In this document: positions 36,801 through 47,705 of the stretch, piece by piece | Position numbering within the stretch: position 1 is the first letter of the stretch | How the letters are laid out: every line of letters begins with the position of its first letter | Assembly: GCA_030390025.1 (NCBI GenBank) | Contig: CM059429.1 | Span: forward strand, 139,934,001-139,998,000 | DNA from: Squalus acanthias | Lineage: Eukaryota | Direction: 5' to 3' | DNA length: 64,000 nt | Notes under the pieces: generated by a model | The model's database searches: none | Seen by the model: only the letters and a program-made list of their open reading frames with translations | What the model was told of the DNA's origin: nothing | Made by a program: the position numbers and the translations under genes

Positions 36801-38115
36801 GTTTGTCAAGCAAACGTATCTGCTCTTTGTTATAAGAAAAATTGCAAAGTGAATTTGGAACGGCAAGTCTTTTTGGCCGGTACTTAGCAGTGAAACTACA
36901 GTTGCATACAATTAAAATAATGAACGCAAAAGACATTTACAAGCAGGTTTCATTTTAAATTCATACGAACATGCACAGGGACATACCAAGATGATGAACA
37001 GGAACAGAGCAGCTGGCGTCTGTCCCATACCGGCGTGGCTCAACTCAACATCATGTTCCCCAAAACCCACCAGCAGCCATCTATTCAACTAGGTAGCATT
37101 CCAGGTCCTGTTAATGCAAAGCTCTGCAAGGAAAATAGATGTGATGGCAGAGTTATATTCTTTTTACATACAAATCAGTTTCATTGAATTGTAGTCTGGC
37201 TGGGAATAAAGTTCTAATATGACCTAAGCAAATCACTAACTTTCAGAGCCCCCAAATCCAAGAGTTAGAGCTGTGTTCCGAAATAATGAATAGACCCTGC
37301 TGATCATTTCAATGTAATAAAAAGATGGTTAATAATCTGGTACCGAGGTTTTTGTCCTCTCATTGAATGAAGTCTGCTTAAATGCAGAGTTGAGCAAATA
37401 TCCGTTTAATTCAGGTATCACTTGCTCAATGATTAGAGGCTACATTTCTGATCACTGTATTCGTAACAGATCTAAAACCAGATTAAATTGATGACTACCA
37501 GTTTGCACCAGTTAAAGTTTAACAACTCATTGATCTCAAAATATCGCCCAGTCACCACTATATAAAGCAGAGATCGGATTTGAGCGCCCGCCAAATCTGC
37601 CGAAGCGCGATTCATCTTACTACGCAATTAATATTTGTGCAAATTTTAGTCAATTTTAAACTAGTAAAAGATTGAAATATTCGTGTTTCCCCAATTTAAC
37701 CACATTGCTACCCAGAGCGTGAGAGTTCTGTTTAAAATTATACATTTCCTTCCACCTTCCTCCTCTTTTCAAAAGCTGCCATGCTTATTATGATATAACA
37801 TCATTATATGTAAATCTACTTTATTGGATTATCCTATTAATTTAATCGATTAACTGGAAGAAAATAACGCTTTGAATTGCAAGCAAATGGCGGGTGTGTT
37901 ATGTGTCCATGTATATGTCGGGAAAGCGCTTTAATTTGAAACCAGTATGTGATGTTTTAACCAGCGTTCATGTTAATTTTTTTGGCTGCATTTCTGTCCG
38001 ATTACAGTACAATTTAAACCATATTTGCCTTTATATTTTGTTTGGCTCACATGAAACAAAATAATTGTCTTTATTCTTCCTCTCTCTCCCCCCCCCCCCC
38101 CCTCGATTCTAACAG

Positions 38116-38283
38116 ATAATACTTCATTCCATGCATAAGTACCAGCCCCGGGTGCATGTGATCCGAAAGGATTTCAGCAGCGAGCTGTGCCCAACCAAAC
38201 CAGTGCCTGGGGGAGAGGGGGTGAAAACCTTTAGCTTCCCGGAGACCGTCTTCACCACAGTGACGGCATATCAGAACCAGCAG
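38116..38283 (+). CDS. tbx15: TBX15 coding exon 5 (T-box)
   Basis: ttctaacag|ATAATA...CAGCAG|gtaggc. 168 bp, phase 0-0. [56 protein letters not shown]. Confidence 0.98.
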
Positions 38284-39656
38284 GTAGGCTCCCTGCTCTC
38301 TAATATTACACAGAAAGGAAGGATGCATTTTTCATATTCGTTGAAAAAAAATGATTTCTAGCATCTCTTGTTTAAACTGCAGTGAGGGCGAATCGAAGCC
38401 GACGAGTATGCATCCTGTTTGTTACTAAATTCTTCCAAAAAGAATGCGTGCGATTCATTTTTAACATATATTTATCGTTTGAGAAACTGGCTGCAATTAA
38501 TCCTAACGAAACAATGGGCGTATTTCGTGTTTAAATAAAATTAGTAAAATGAAAATTATTTATAGTCCGTGTTTATTTTTAAGAAATTGTTTTTTCTGAA
38601 CTTTCCTCTGGAAACTGCGCAGATTTACTCTAATAATATAAAGAAGTAAATGATTAATTCTGTGGAATCATAGGCCTTCGTGCATTGTTCTTACTGTTTA
38701 CAGTCAGGTTTAAAGTTTAAAAAAAATCAAATCTTGTTACGGACCATTGCGGGTTATTTTATTGTAACTAACAGATATTTAATCATTACAGGTTAAACAC
38801 GGAAATAATGAGAAGCATAAACACAAATACATTAAACAACCGACACAACCTCCTTCCCAGAGAGGGCCTTGACTGTACAGGCTGATAATCCAGACCAACA
38901 TTATAAATGTAGCTGGAAAATGCTGTCTAGAAATCTTCAAAATATCCCGTCACAGTTTTTACTGGAACTCCTGGCTCTTTAAATAAATGAACGAGTAAAC
39001 AAATACATATATGTGTGTAAATATTTCCATGACTTATTTTTTCATTTTATTTTCTCAAACGGCGTTTCTGGACGCCGTTACTTATCAAAGTACAAATTGT
39101 TATGGTAGAATTTAAAAACAAAAAAAATCCTATTCTGCACAATTAAAAAAAAAGTAACCATTCCAGTATGAGAGGGAGAATTTCGCTCGCAGCTGTGCAG
39201 AGGAGCGATTCTTTCCCTCTCTCCTTAGCTCATTGACTCCGCAACTGGATTCCTGTTCCAATCCTTTCCAACTCCTTGTTATAGGCGATATTTTTCTCAT
39301 TATTCTTGGTTTACTTGTATAAAATGTTTGAGCAAATTTGAATGTGGCTGACCAACTTTCTAAGTGTCACACCTGTATTATCGCAACAGTCAATGCACGG
39401 TGTTAACCGTCACTGCTATGATCACATCCACGTTTTAAAAAAACTAATATAATCCCTTCAATACCTGGAGCAGTCATTTCAAATTGTGTTCCTAACTAAT
39501 TATTTCAGTAAACGCACTTTGTGAGTCTGTGGAACGGACAGGAGCCGCCGAGACTACCTTTATATTTGAAGACTATTTCTGATGTCTGAAAATGAGAAGC
39601 AGATTTCTTTCATTATTTTTCCCGCAACGTGAATAAAATCAGCATAAGGCGGGTTG

Positions 39657-40119
39657 TTGTGGAAGTCAAGGAGCAGGACTGGTCCGATACACTGTGTGTA
39701 TACAGCACGTTCCGCATTGTGGAATTCAGGGAGCAGTACTGGTCAGTGTATATACAGCACGTTCCGCATTGTGGAAGTCAGGGAGCAGTACTGGTCAGAT
39801 ACACTGTGTGTATACAGCACGTTCCGCATTGTGGAAGTCAGGGAGCAGTACTGGTCAGTGTATATACAGCACGTTCCGCATTGTGGAAGTCAGGGAGCAG
39901 TACTGGTCAGATACACTGTGTGTATACAGCACGTTCCGCATTGTGGAAGTCGGGGAGCAGTACTGGTCAGATACACTGTGTGTATACAGCACGTTCCGCA
40001 TTGTGGAAGTCAGGGAGCAGTACTGGTCAGATACACTGTGTGTATACAGCACGTTCCGCATTGTGGAAGTCAGGGAGCAGTACTGGTCAGATACACTGTG
40101 TGTATACAGCACGTTCCGC
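39657..40119. repeat. Minisatellite, 8 units (60,52,60,52,60,60,60,59 bp)
   Basis: Unit ttgtggaagtcagggagcagtactggtcagatacactgtgtgtatacagcacgttccgca. Units 2 and 4 are 8 bp shorter. Confidence 0.97.
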
Positions 40120-41819
40120 GGCAGATGGAAAGTCCTGATGTTCTATTTCGAGGCTGTCACTGCTAACGTTAGAGCTTTAAAATGCTCACACGATTTTAAT
40201 TAATTCAAGCATTTAATAGAAACATTCATTCCTTCCTGAGAAAAATCGTTGGTGAAATATTTAAACTGAAATGTATTCTAATTTAAAGACGATTTAACAG
40301 CAGGTATTTTGAGTGATGCAAGGTTATTTAAATCTCCTGTAATTATATGGGCTACAGCGAGAAACTCCACGGATTTCACCACTTTCTATTTAAACTCTAA
40401 AGTCTCTAATAGCCCTCGGCCCCCCCGAAAGGAGATTTGTTTTTCTTTTAAACAATAATTCCTTTTAAACATCAACGAGGACTATGAAAAAGCGTGAATT
40501 CGTGTTCTCTGGCTCCGTCAACAGTTACTCTTTCGGAGTGATCATGCGGCATGTTATCTTTAATACACTTCACTTTTAGACTTTAGCTACAGCCCGGCTA
40601 CAAATCCGGTTTTCAGAACCAGGAGTAAGATCTGTACATTGTTACCAGTGCCCAGAGCTCCACTCTTCCCTGTTAATGATTTATGTTTCAGGAGCAGCCA
40701 CTGGAGCGTCTAGATTCTCAAAACATTTAAACATCTACACATGTTGATGCGGTGTCCGGGAGATCGAAGGGGGCCCTGAGCACCATTGAAACCAAGTTTG
40801 ACCCCCACACTTCAGTTCTACCATACACCAGGTTAAACCTATTGGTGTGAGCTGCTTCCTGTAGACTGCTTTTACATCGCCGGGCTCTGGAACAGAGTTG
40901 GGAGTTACACTATCATTTAATATGAAAACTCCCCCCCCAGCAATGCCAACACGGCGATTCTACAACAGAACTTCCTGTGCATTTCGGGGTTGCAATATGC
41001 GCCTGTCTTACTCTTCCGAGTACTGCTAACATTTCCCCTTCACGGAGGCTGTATTCCAGGAGAGCCGGGCGCTCAGTCACAGAATGCTGCTGAGTGTGAT
41101 GTGGTGCAAGTGGGTGGAAGCGGACAAGACTCATCCTCAGTCACTCTGACAGTTTGGGGAAACTCTTAAAGCTGATTGAGGGAGTGTCTGTCCAGTTTTT
41201 TAAAAATTGAATATAAAACAAAAGTCCACAAAAAGAATCAATTTAAATATTAAAAACCCTTTCCATTATGAATATTCTTATAGGACACATTCTTTCAGAC
41301 TTCACATCCTTTCTCTAAATGCGACAGATCAACCAGCTAACGGCAGAAAACCTGGAAATCTGAAACCTTTATGTGAAGCATTTAAACGGTATAAATGAAA
41401 TATACGATTTTAAAATATTGTTATTAATGTCATTGAGAAGAAAAATTTGATGCGTGCGAATAAGCTAAAATATTTTGACTGCAAACAGCTTCCCGAAAAA
41501 ATCCTCTTCATCTAAATCCACGTTCACTGATTTCCTTTCTTGACGCCGATCAATCGGTTGTATTGGGATTATTTTATTATAACAGAAAATATTCTCATTT
41601 CCTTTGCTTCACTTATTATTTAATAGGCTTTTGACTTTGGAGTTTATTTTATTTTCAAACTAAATTCAATTCTAAAGCGCGTGTAAATACATCCACAGTC
41701 AAACTTTTTCGCGCTATGTTCTCACACAGAAACCAGGAGCGGTTTTCTCTCCACCTGCCGGCAAACTATTTATCATCTCGCCGCCGCTTTAAAGGTGAAT
41801 GTGTTCCTTTATTCCCCAG

Positions 41820-41884
41820 ATTACAAGGCTGAAGATCGACAGAAATCCGTTCGCGAAAGGATTCCGGGACTCGGGCAGAAACAG
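41820..41884 (+). CDS. tbx15: TBX15 coding exon 6 (T-box C-terminal DNA-contact helix)
   Basis: ttcctttattccccag|ATTACA...AACAG|gtgagg. 65 bp. ITRLKIDRNPFAKGFRDSGRNR. Confidence 0.98.
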
Positions 41885-43455
41885 GTGAGGAGTCACTGCT
41901 TAAAAATGCTTTCGAAATAAATATTCAAAACATAACACTCGAGACAAGCGCTTTGTACTTTTAATCCGAAATATAAAGATGTTGTGCAGATGAGAGATGT
42001 CCGTACACAACAGGCGATGGTCAAACATCTTTAAGAAGTTTTGGGGAGTGCGCCAGCAGCTCGTTTAGTTTTTACCATATTGTAATTACCGGAGCCACAG
42101 CTTTTTCCCATTTACTGTATGGGCCCAGGACTCAGTCCTTCCCAGTGGTCGCCTCCTCCCAAATAGAAGCGGCGGCGCCGGCGACTGACGATTGCTCCCA
42201 TCTCCGAGGTGGCTGTAATCGCGGTCACAGAATACTCGCATTCTCATTGAACCTGGAAGGAAAGGCACAGTCGCGTGCAAACTATGTGGTAAAAACAAAA
42301 TAGCTATTTTAAAAACAAAATTACAGGATTTTACCGATTTACCTGTAATACGGTAGTGATATTAGTTACATGAAACTATTTTAAGTCAGCCCGTATTTCA
42401 GGCTGCAGTTCGAGCACCATTTCCACATCCGTGCACAGCGGTTTCAGGTGGTACGTCAGGGTGGAAATGGCAGAATAAATCGGGAATCAAACCTCAGTTT
42501 TACAACACTCACCTTGATGAGCTCAAACATCAGTAAGTACAGCAGATAGTCTGGCATCAGGGATAGTATCAACACTAATGGAAAGCCACATTTAATCAGC
42601 AGTCCAGGACCTCGTAGGGGTTTTGAAAAATGTATGGCTTTCTAATGTTAGAAGAAAGTTGACGTTCCCATCCCCGCAGCAAGCATTTAAAACTAGCTGG
42701 AGCCGGGAATAACACCGCTTGGATTCAAGAACACATGCACAGAGCTCCTTTTGTCACTGGCTTCGGTGCAGTCAGCAACAACTGGCAGTTAGCACTCTAG
42801 CCAGTCATGGGTAGCTGTGGTGTAAGCTCGGCTAGCAGAGAGGACTTTTACTGTGAACTGCTGCATCCCGTGAGTCGCCGTGAGGCCAGCCACAAAGCAC
42901 ATGTGTGCTTGGACACACACTCAGAGCTTCCCTCCTTGGGCGGCTAATGTTAGGAAAGTGCAGGTGGGAGCATTTACTTTCTCCGAAAATTAAACATTTT
43001 CAAAAGAATAAAGTGATCATTGAAAATGCAGCGTTGCACCACTAGCCAGTGCAATTTCAAATCAAAATGAGACCGACTCCGAGAGAATTTCATGATACTT
43101 GGCTTTACTGCATTCACGACTTCCATCAGTACCTGATTCCTCCTATTTCTCATCTACATGTTGGCCCTCGAGACATCATCTGAAAACACATGTTAAAGGT
43201 GCTATATAAATGCAGGTTTTTGTTATTGTATTTGTGATGATCCTTCTTTGCCTGAATGCTCATCGAGAACTACTTTGCATTGGTATGAAAGTGGCACCAT
43301 AACATTTTGGAACAGTTGGCTCCCAATTTGTAAATTTGAGTTGGTTTTCTTTTTGCAGTAATGATTTTTTAAATTTTATTGAAATTTTGATGCACAACAT
43401 ATATTTTACATTAAATTGAAAATTAGTATCATAAAGTCCTTAATTCCTCTATATT

Positions 43456-43975
43456 GGCCCGGATTGTGCAGTCAGCAGCGAAGGAACAGTGCTTGCTATT
43501 CACCTCGCTGGCAGCTTCCCACAAAGTTTTGACCGGCAGTAGAGCGCAGGCTTCCTTGATTCCGATGTCTGTTCCAATGCGTCGCCCTCTGCAGGGCATT
43601 ATTGTGGCATCTGTGAACAGGCAAAGTAACAGCGAGGCTCTTCAACCAATCAGATTGAAGAATCCTCACTGAGCCATGCAGAGTCCAAACCAGGAAATAT
43701 AAAGCAGGAAATATAAGTTAGATTTAAATGATGTACAGAAAGTGAAATAAAGGTTCAGAAATACAGATGGGATTAAGGGAAAGAGATAGCAGAGCCAGAC
43801 AGAAAAAGTAAAAAAAAGTAAACTTTAATTTTAAAAACAGTCTACAACATTAATTTTCTTCTGAGGGAATAAGACTCCACTCCACTCCACTCAGGGCCAG
43901 AGGGGTTGTTGAGCAATAATTATCACTTATCACGCCATTAAAAACTAACTTACTCCAGAATGCACCAGCCCTAAC
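43456..43975 (+). mobile_element. Putative truncated MITE
   Basis: Starts att|ggcccggattgtgc, resembling the GG-start termini of the other MITEs. No matching right TIR found. Confidence 0.35.
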
Positions 43976-45261
43976 TCTTTTATTCATTCATGGGATGTGG
44001 GCATCGCTGGCAAGGCTGAGGATGTAGGGTGTGTTTTTTTGGATGATTGAAGTACGGTCATCAGTTAGGTGGGCATTTGAGAAGTTGAGTTTTGAGGTGT
44101 TGAAGGTATGGATTAGGGTTTCTGTGGAGGTGGGTGAAGAGGAGGAACAGAGGTGGGCAACGTTGCAGAGGTGAAATAAGATGGTAATGATATGGATAGG
44201 AAAGATGAAGCTGAGCTCAGGATCAAGCAAGCACCAAAGTTTGCACTTCCTGATAGCCTGACAGGGCATCTGGGATGGCTGGTGAAGTCAAAGACAGAGA
44301 AATACAGCTGCTGGCTGAAACCAAAGAGGATGGTTTTGGTTTTGCTGACATGAAGCTGGAGGATATTTTGACTCATTCAGGTCGTGATGTTGGACAAGTG
44401 GTTGGAGAGTGTAGTAACAGCTGTTGGATTGATGGAGAAAGCATAAAAGTTGAGCTGCACACATGTGAAAGCTGACCCTATGCATCTGGATGATATTGCA
44501 AGGGATAGCATGTAAAGAGTGAAGAGGAGAGGGCTGAGGATAGACCTCTGGAGCACATAAGGGGAGACCATGTGGATAGAGGAGGAGAAGCTATTTCAGA
44601 CAATGTAGTGCCAGCCTTGCAACAGGCACGAGTAGAACCAGCAGACAACAGTGCCACTTCAGTAGAGAGATATTGGAGGAGAATGGAATGGTGTTGAAGG
44701 CAGTGGAGAGGTCAAGGAGGATGAAGAGAGAAAAGAGGCATTTGTTGGTGTAAAGAGAGACAGGAGGCATGACAGAAGATGTAATTTGTGACTTTGACCA
44801 GTGCTGTCTCAGTGCTTTGGGCAGGGCAGAAGCCATAGTGAAGCATTTAGAACAAGAAATGGTAGGGCAGCATATTTGTGAGGCAACAACTTATTTTAGG
44901 ACCATGGAAGGAAAAGAAAGGTTGGAGATAGGGTGACAGCTGGATAGAGTGGAGAGTTTGCCTGTGGGTGTCTTGAGGATAGGAATAATAACAGCAGGGC
45001 AAGAGGAAGGTACAGCCTGTGCTGGAGGAAAAACAAAAGGTAATGATATCGGCAAGCACAGGACTGAGGAGATGGAGTTGGGTGGTCAGGAACTGCATGA
45101 GCTGAGAGGGGATTGAGAGCAGGTGTTAGACTTCATTAAATGGGTGTCCTGAGGGGAAGATGGGTGTCAAACTGCAGAGAATGGGAATGGTGAGGGCTCA
45201 GTTGAGTGAAGGGCAGGAGGGATTCTGGGAGTTGGGAGAGATCAGAACAACAGTGGTCGCT

Positions 45262-45622
45262 GTTTTTTAAAAAATATTTGTTCTCGGGATGTGGGTAACT
45301 CTGGGTTGCATTTCGTTGTCCATTCCCATCTGTCCAAGAATTTTTACAACTGAGTGGCTTGGTAGGCCTCTTCAGAAGGCCTTAAGAGTGGCATTGCATA
45401 CTGTGAACTGGAGTCATGTGAAGGTCAGACCAGGTAGGAGTGGCAGATTCCGTGTCCCGAAGGATATTAGTGAATCAGTTAGGTTTTTACAGTAATCCAG
45501 CAACTTTCATGATAGCCCACAAATAATCAGATTACTGAATTCAATTTCACAATTTACCGCGGTGGGATTGAATCTCACGACCTCTACGTTGCTAGTACCA
45601 TAACCACTACACTACCATACCC
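45262..45622 (-). mobile_element. tRNA-derived SINE (12242 family) nested in L2
   Basis: Reverse complement has head ggtatggtagtgtagtggttatggtactag and tail cccacatcccgagaacaaat. Confidence 0.75.
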
Positions 45623-46040
45623 AATGCGATTTGCTGATAGTCTCAATTATGGGCACATAAAAGTTCATAAATTCCTTAAATTTTGAGCCTGATTAAGGAT
45701 GGGGGTATGGAAAAGGGAGGACTGATTAGACTACTACTGCTAGAGATGAGAAATTTGGTATTTTTTCTGTTCTCCAGGGTGATCTTTGAATACTGAATAG
45801 TTTTATCCAGGAGGGGAGAGACATGGTAAACCCCAAGGTAGTCCAGCCCGATTCAAGGCTGGTTGATCAAAACATGCTCAGTGATGCAGAGATAGGTTTT
45901 GAACAAGGGAGAGTGAAAGAGTGGGAGATCATTTGGGATCTGAGGTGGTGGGGACATTGAAGTGAAGGTGAGATAGTTGTGGAGGAGGTTGATAGAGGCA
46001 TCAATGTTATCGTGGGTGGCAGGCCAGAGGAGGGAAAGGT

Positions 46041-46668
46041 TAGAGGGTTTGAGCATAAAAGTAAAGACGTCTTACTGCAATTATATAGGGCCCTGGTGAG
46101 ACCACACCTGGAGTATTGTATACAGCTTTGGTCTCCTTACCTAAGGAAAGATATACTTGCCATAGAGGGAGTGCAACAAAGGTTCACCAGAATGGTTCCT
46201 TGGTTGGGAGAATTGTCCTATGAGGACAGGTTGAGTAGACTAGGCCTATATTCTCTAGAGTTTAGAAGAATGAGAGGTGATCTCATTGAAACATAAAAAA
46301 TTCTTACAGGGCTTGACAGGTTAGATGCAGGGTGGATGTTTCTCCTGGCTGGGGAGTCTAGAACCAGGGGTCACAGTCTCAGAATAAGGGGTTGGCCATT
46401 TAGGACTGAGATGAGGAGAAATTTCTTCACTCAGAGGGTGGTGAATCTTTGGAATTCTCTACCCCAGAGCGCTGTGGATGCTCAGTCGTTGAGTATATTC
46501 AAGACAGAGATCGATAGATTTTTGAATATTAAGAGAATCAAGGGATATGGGGATAGTGCAGGAAAGTGGAGATGAGGTAGAAGATCAGCCATGATCTTAT
46601 TGAATGGCGGAGCAGGCTCGAAGAGCCAAATAGCCTACTCCTGCTCCTATTTCTTATGTTCTTATGTT
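46041..46668 (+). mobile_element. 5'-truncated CR1 LINE nested in L2
   Basis: RGFEHKSKDVLLQLYRALVRPHLEYCIQLWSPYLRKD...RMRGDLIET and SRTRGHSLRI..FFTQRVVNLWNSLP. Tail cctactcctgctcctatttcttatgttcttatg. Confidence 0.95.
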
Positions 46669-47432
46669 AGGATTAGAGAGGAAGCTTGAGTGTAAGTTGG
46701 GGGGTTGTTTTTTTTCCATGGGATGAAAGTGGCAGTGTCGAGTTTGGGGGCAGGCAGGATGTGGATGGAAATGAAGGTAAGGAAATGGTTGCAGTGACCC
46801 CTCTCATTGCTGGAGATTTCAGAGGTGTGATGAGAGGTGACCATGTGTGTGGATGGGGAAATTAATTTGAGGGTTACATAATCCAGGAAAATACAAGTTT
46901 CCTCACAGTGCTTTTTGTACATTTTTTGCATGTTGATTTTTGTACTCATCACAGTGAGTGCTGTAGGCACTGGAAAGCGAAAGACATTTCCACTTTTATC
47001 ACTCACTATCAGCATTAGGCACTAATGTTCCAGGTGTAGACTGGCCAGGTGCAGAATAAAACTCTGTCTACACTCCCTAATTTGTGCCTTAACCTTAGAA
47101 GAGCATCCTTACTTCACCAGTGCAATTATTTCCGCTTTCCACACCAACAATCTTTTGTGGCAGCTCTGAGTGAGATTAACAATGAACTGTTAATTCGTTC
47201 TTAATGATGGTAATTTTGTGCTGTTGGCTGGAGCCCACCAAGAACTGTGTTGAGTTTGTAACTATGTATACTAGCATCCAGACAGATTCTATAAACCTGT
47301 AAAACAGAAGTGCACTCACAGTATTTCAGTTTATAATATAATGTTCTGGCAGTGTTTTTCATTGTGCATAATACTATTGTCCTGACATTGTCTGCAATCC
47401 TGCATAATACAAAATGGACTCTCATATTTTTA

Positions 47433-47572
47433 AGTGTCAGCTTGGTTCAGTGGAAGCGCTCTTGCCTTTGAATCAGAAAGTTGTGGGTTCAAGCTCCACT
47501 CCAAGACTTGAGCACATAATGTAGGCTGACACTTCAGTGCAGTATTGAGGGAGTGCTGCATGGTTGAAGGCG
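47433..47572 (+). mobile_element. DeuSINE 5' part, truncated
   Basis: gtgtcagcttggttcagtggaagcgctcttgcctttgaatcagaaagttgtgggttcaagctccactcc...gagggagtgctgc. Confidence 0.8.
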
Positions 47573-47705
47573 TAAAGTCAGATAGCCAGGTGGGATAGAA
47601 CACTAGAGTCTAGTCTTTAGTTGCTTACAAGCCTTTATTTACAGAGACACGCATTATATACTGTGCACCCCCACCCCCTTATCTTGTGGCTTATTTATAA
47701 TGCAG
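47573..47705 (-). mobile_element. Possible LTR (R/U5) fragment abutting the SINE
   Basis: Minus strand has tataaataag followed by aataaaggcttg and ends gactttac at the SINE breakpoint. No partner LTR found. Confidence 0.3.

Larger units (their letters stand above)
44015..46890 (-). mobile_element. Old degenerate L2 LINE interrupted by younger SINE and CR1 insertions
   Basis: ORF fragments [54 protein letters not shown] and FLTTQLHLLSPVLADII occur in L2 order. Confidence 0.8.

Noticed and set aside
39657-40119. CRISPR array
   Set aside because: Units are contiguous near-identical repeats with no unique spacers, there are no cas genes, and the context is a vertebrate intron.
39629-40203. Three overlapping ~170-aa ORFs as genes
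   Set aside because: They arise from a stop-free tandem unit and have no splice or homology support.
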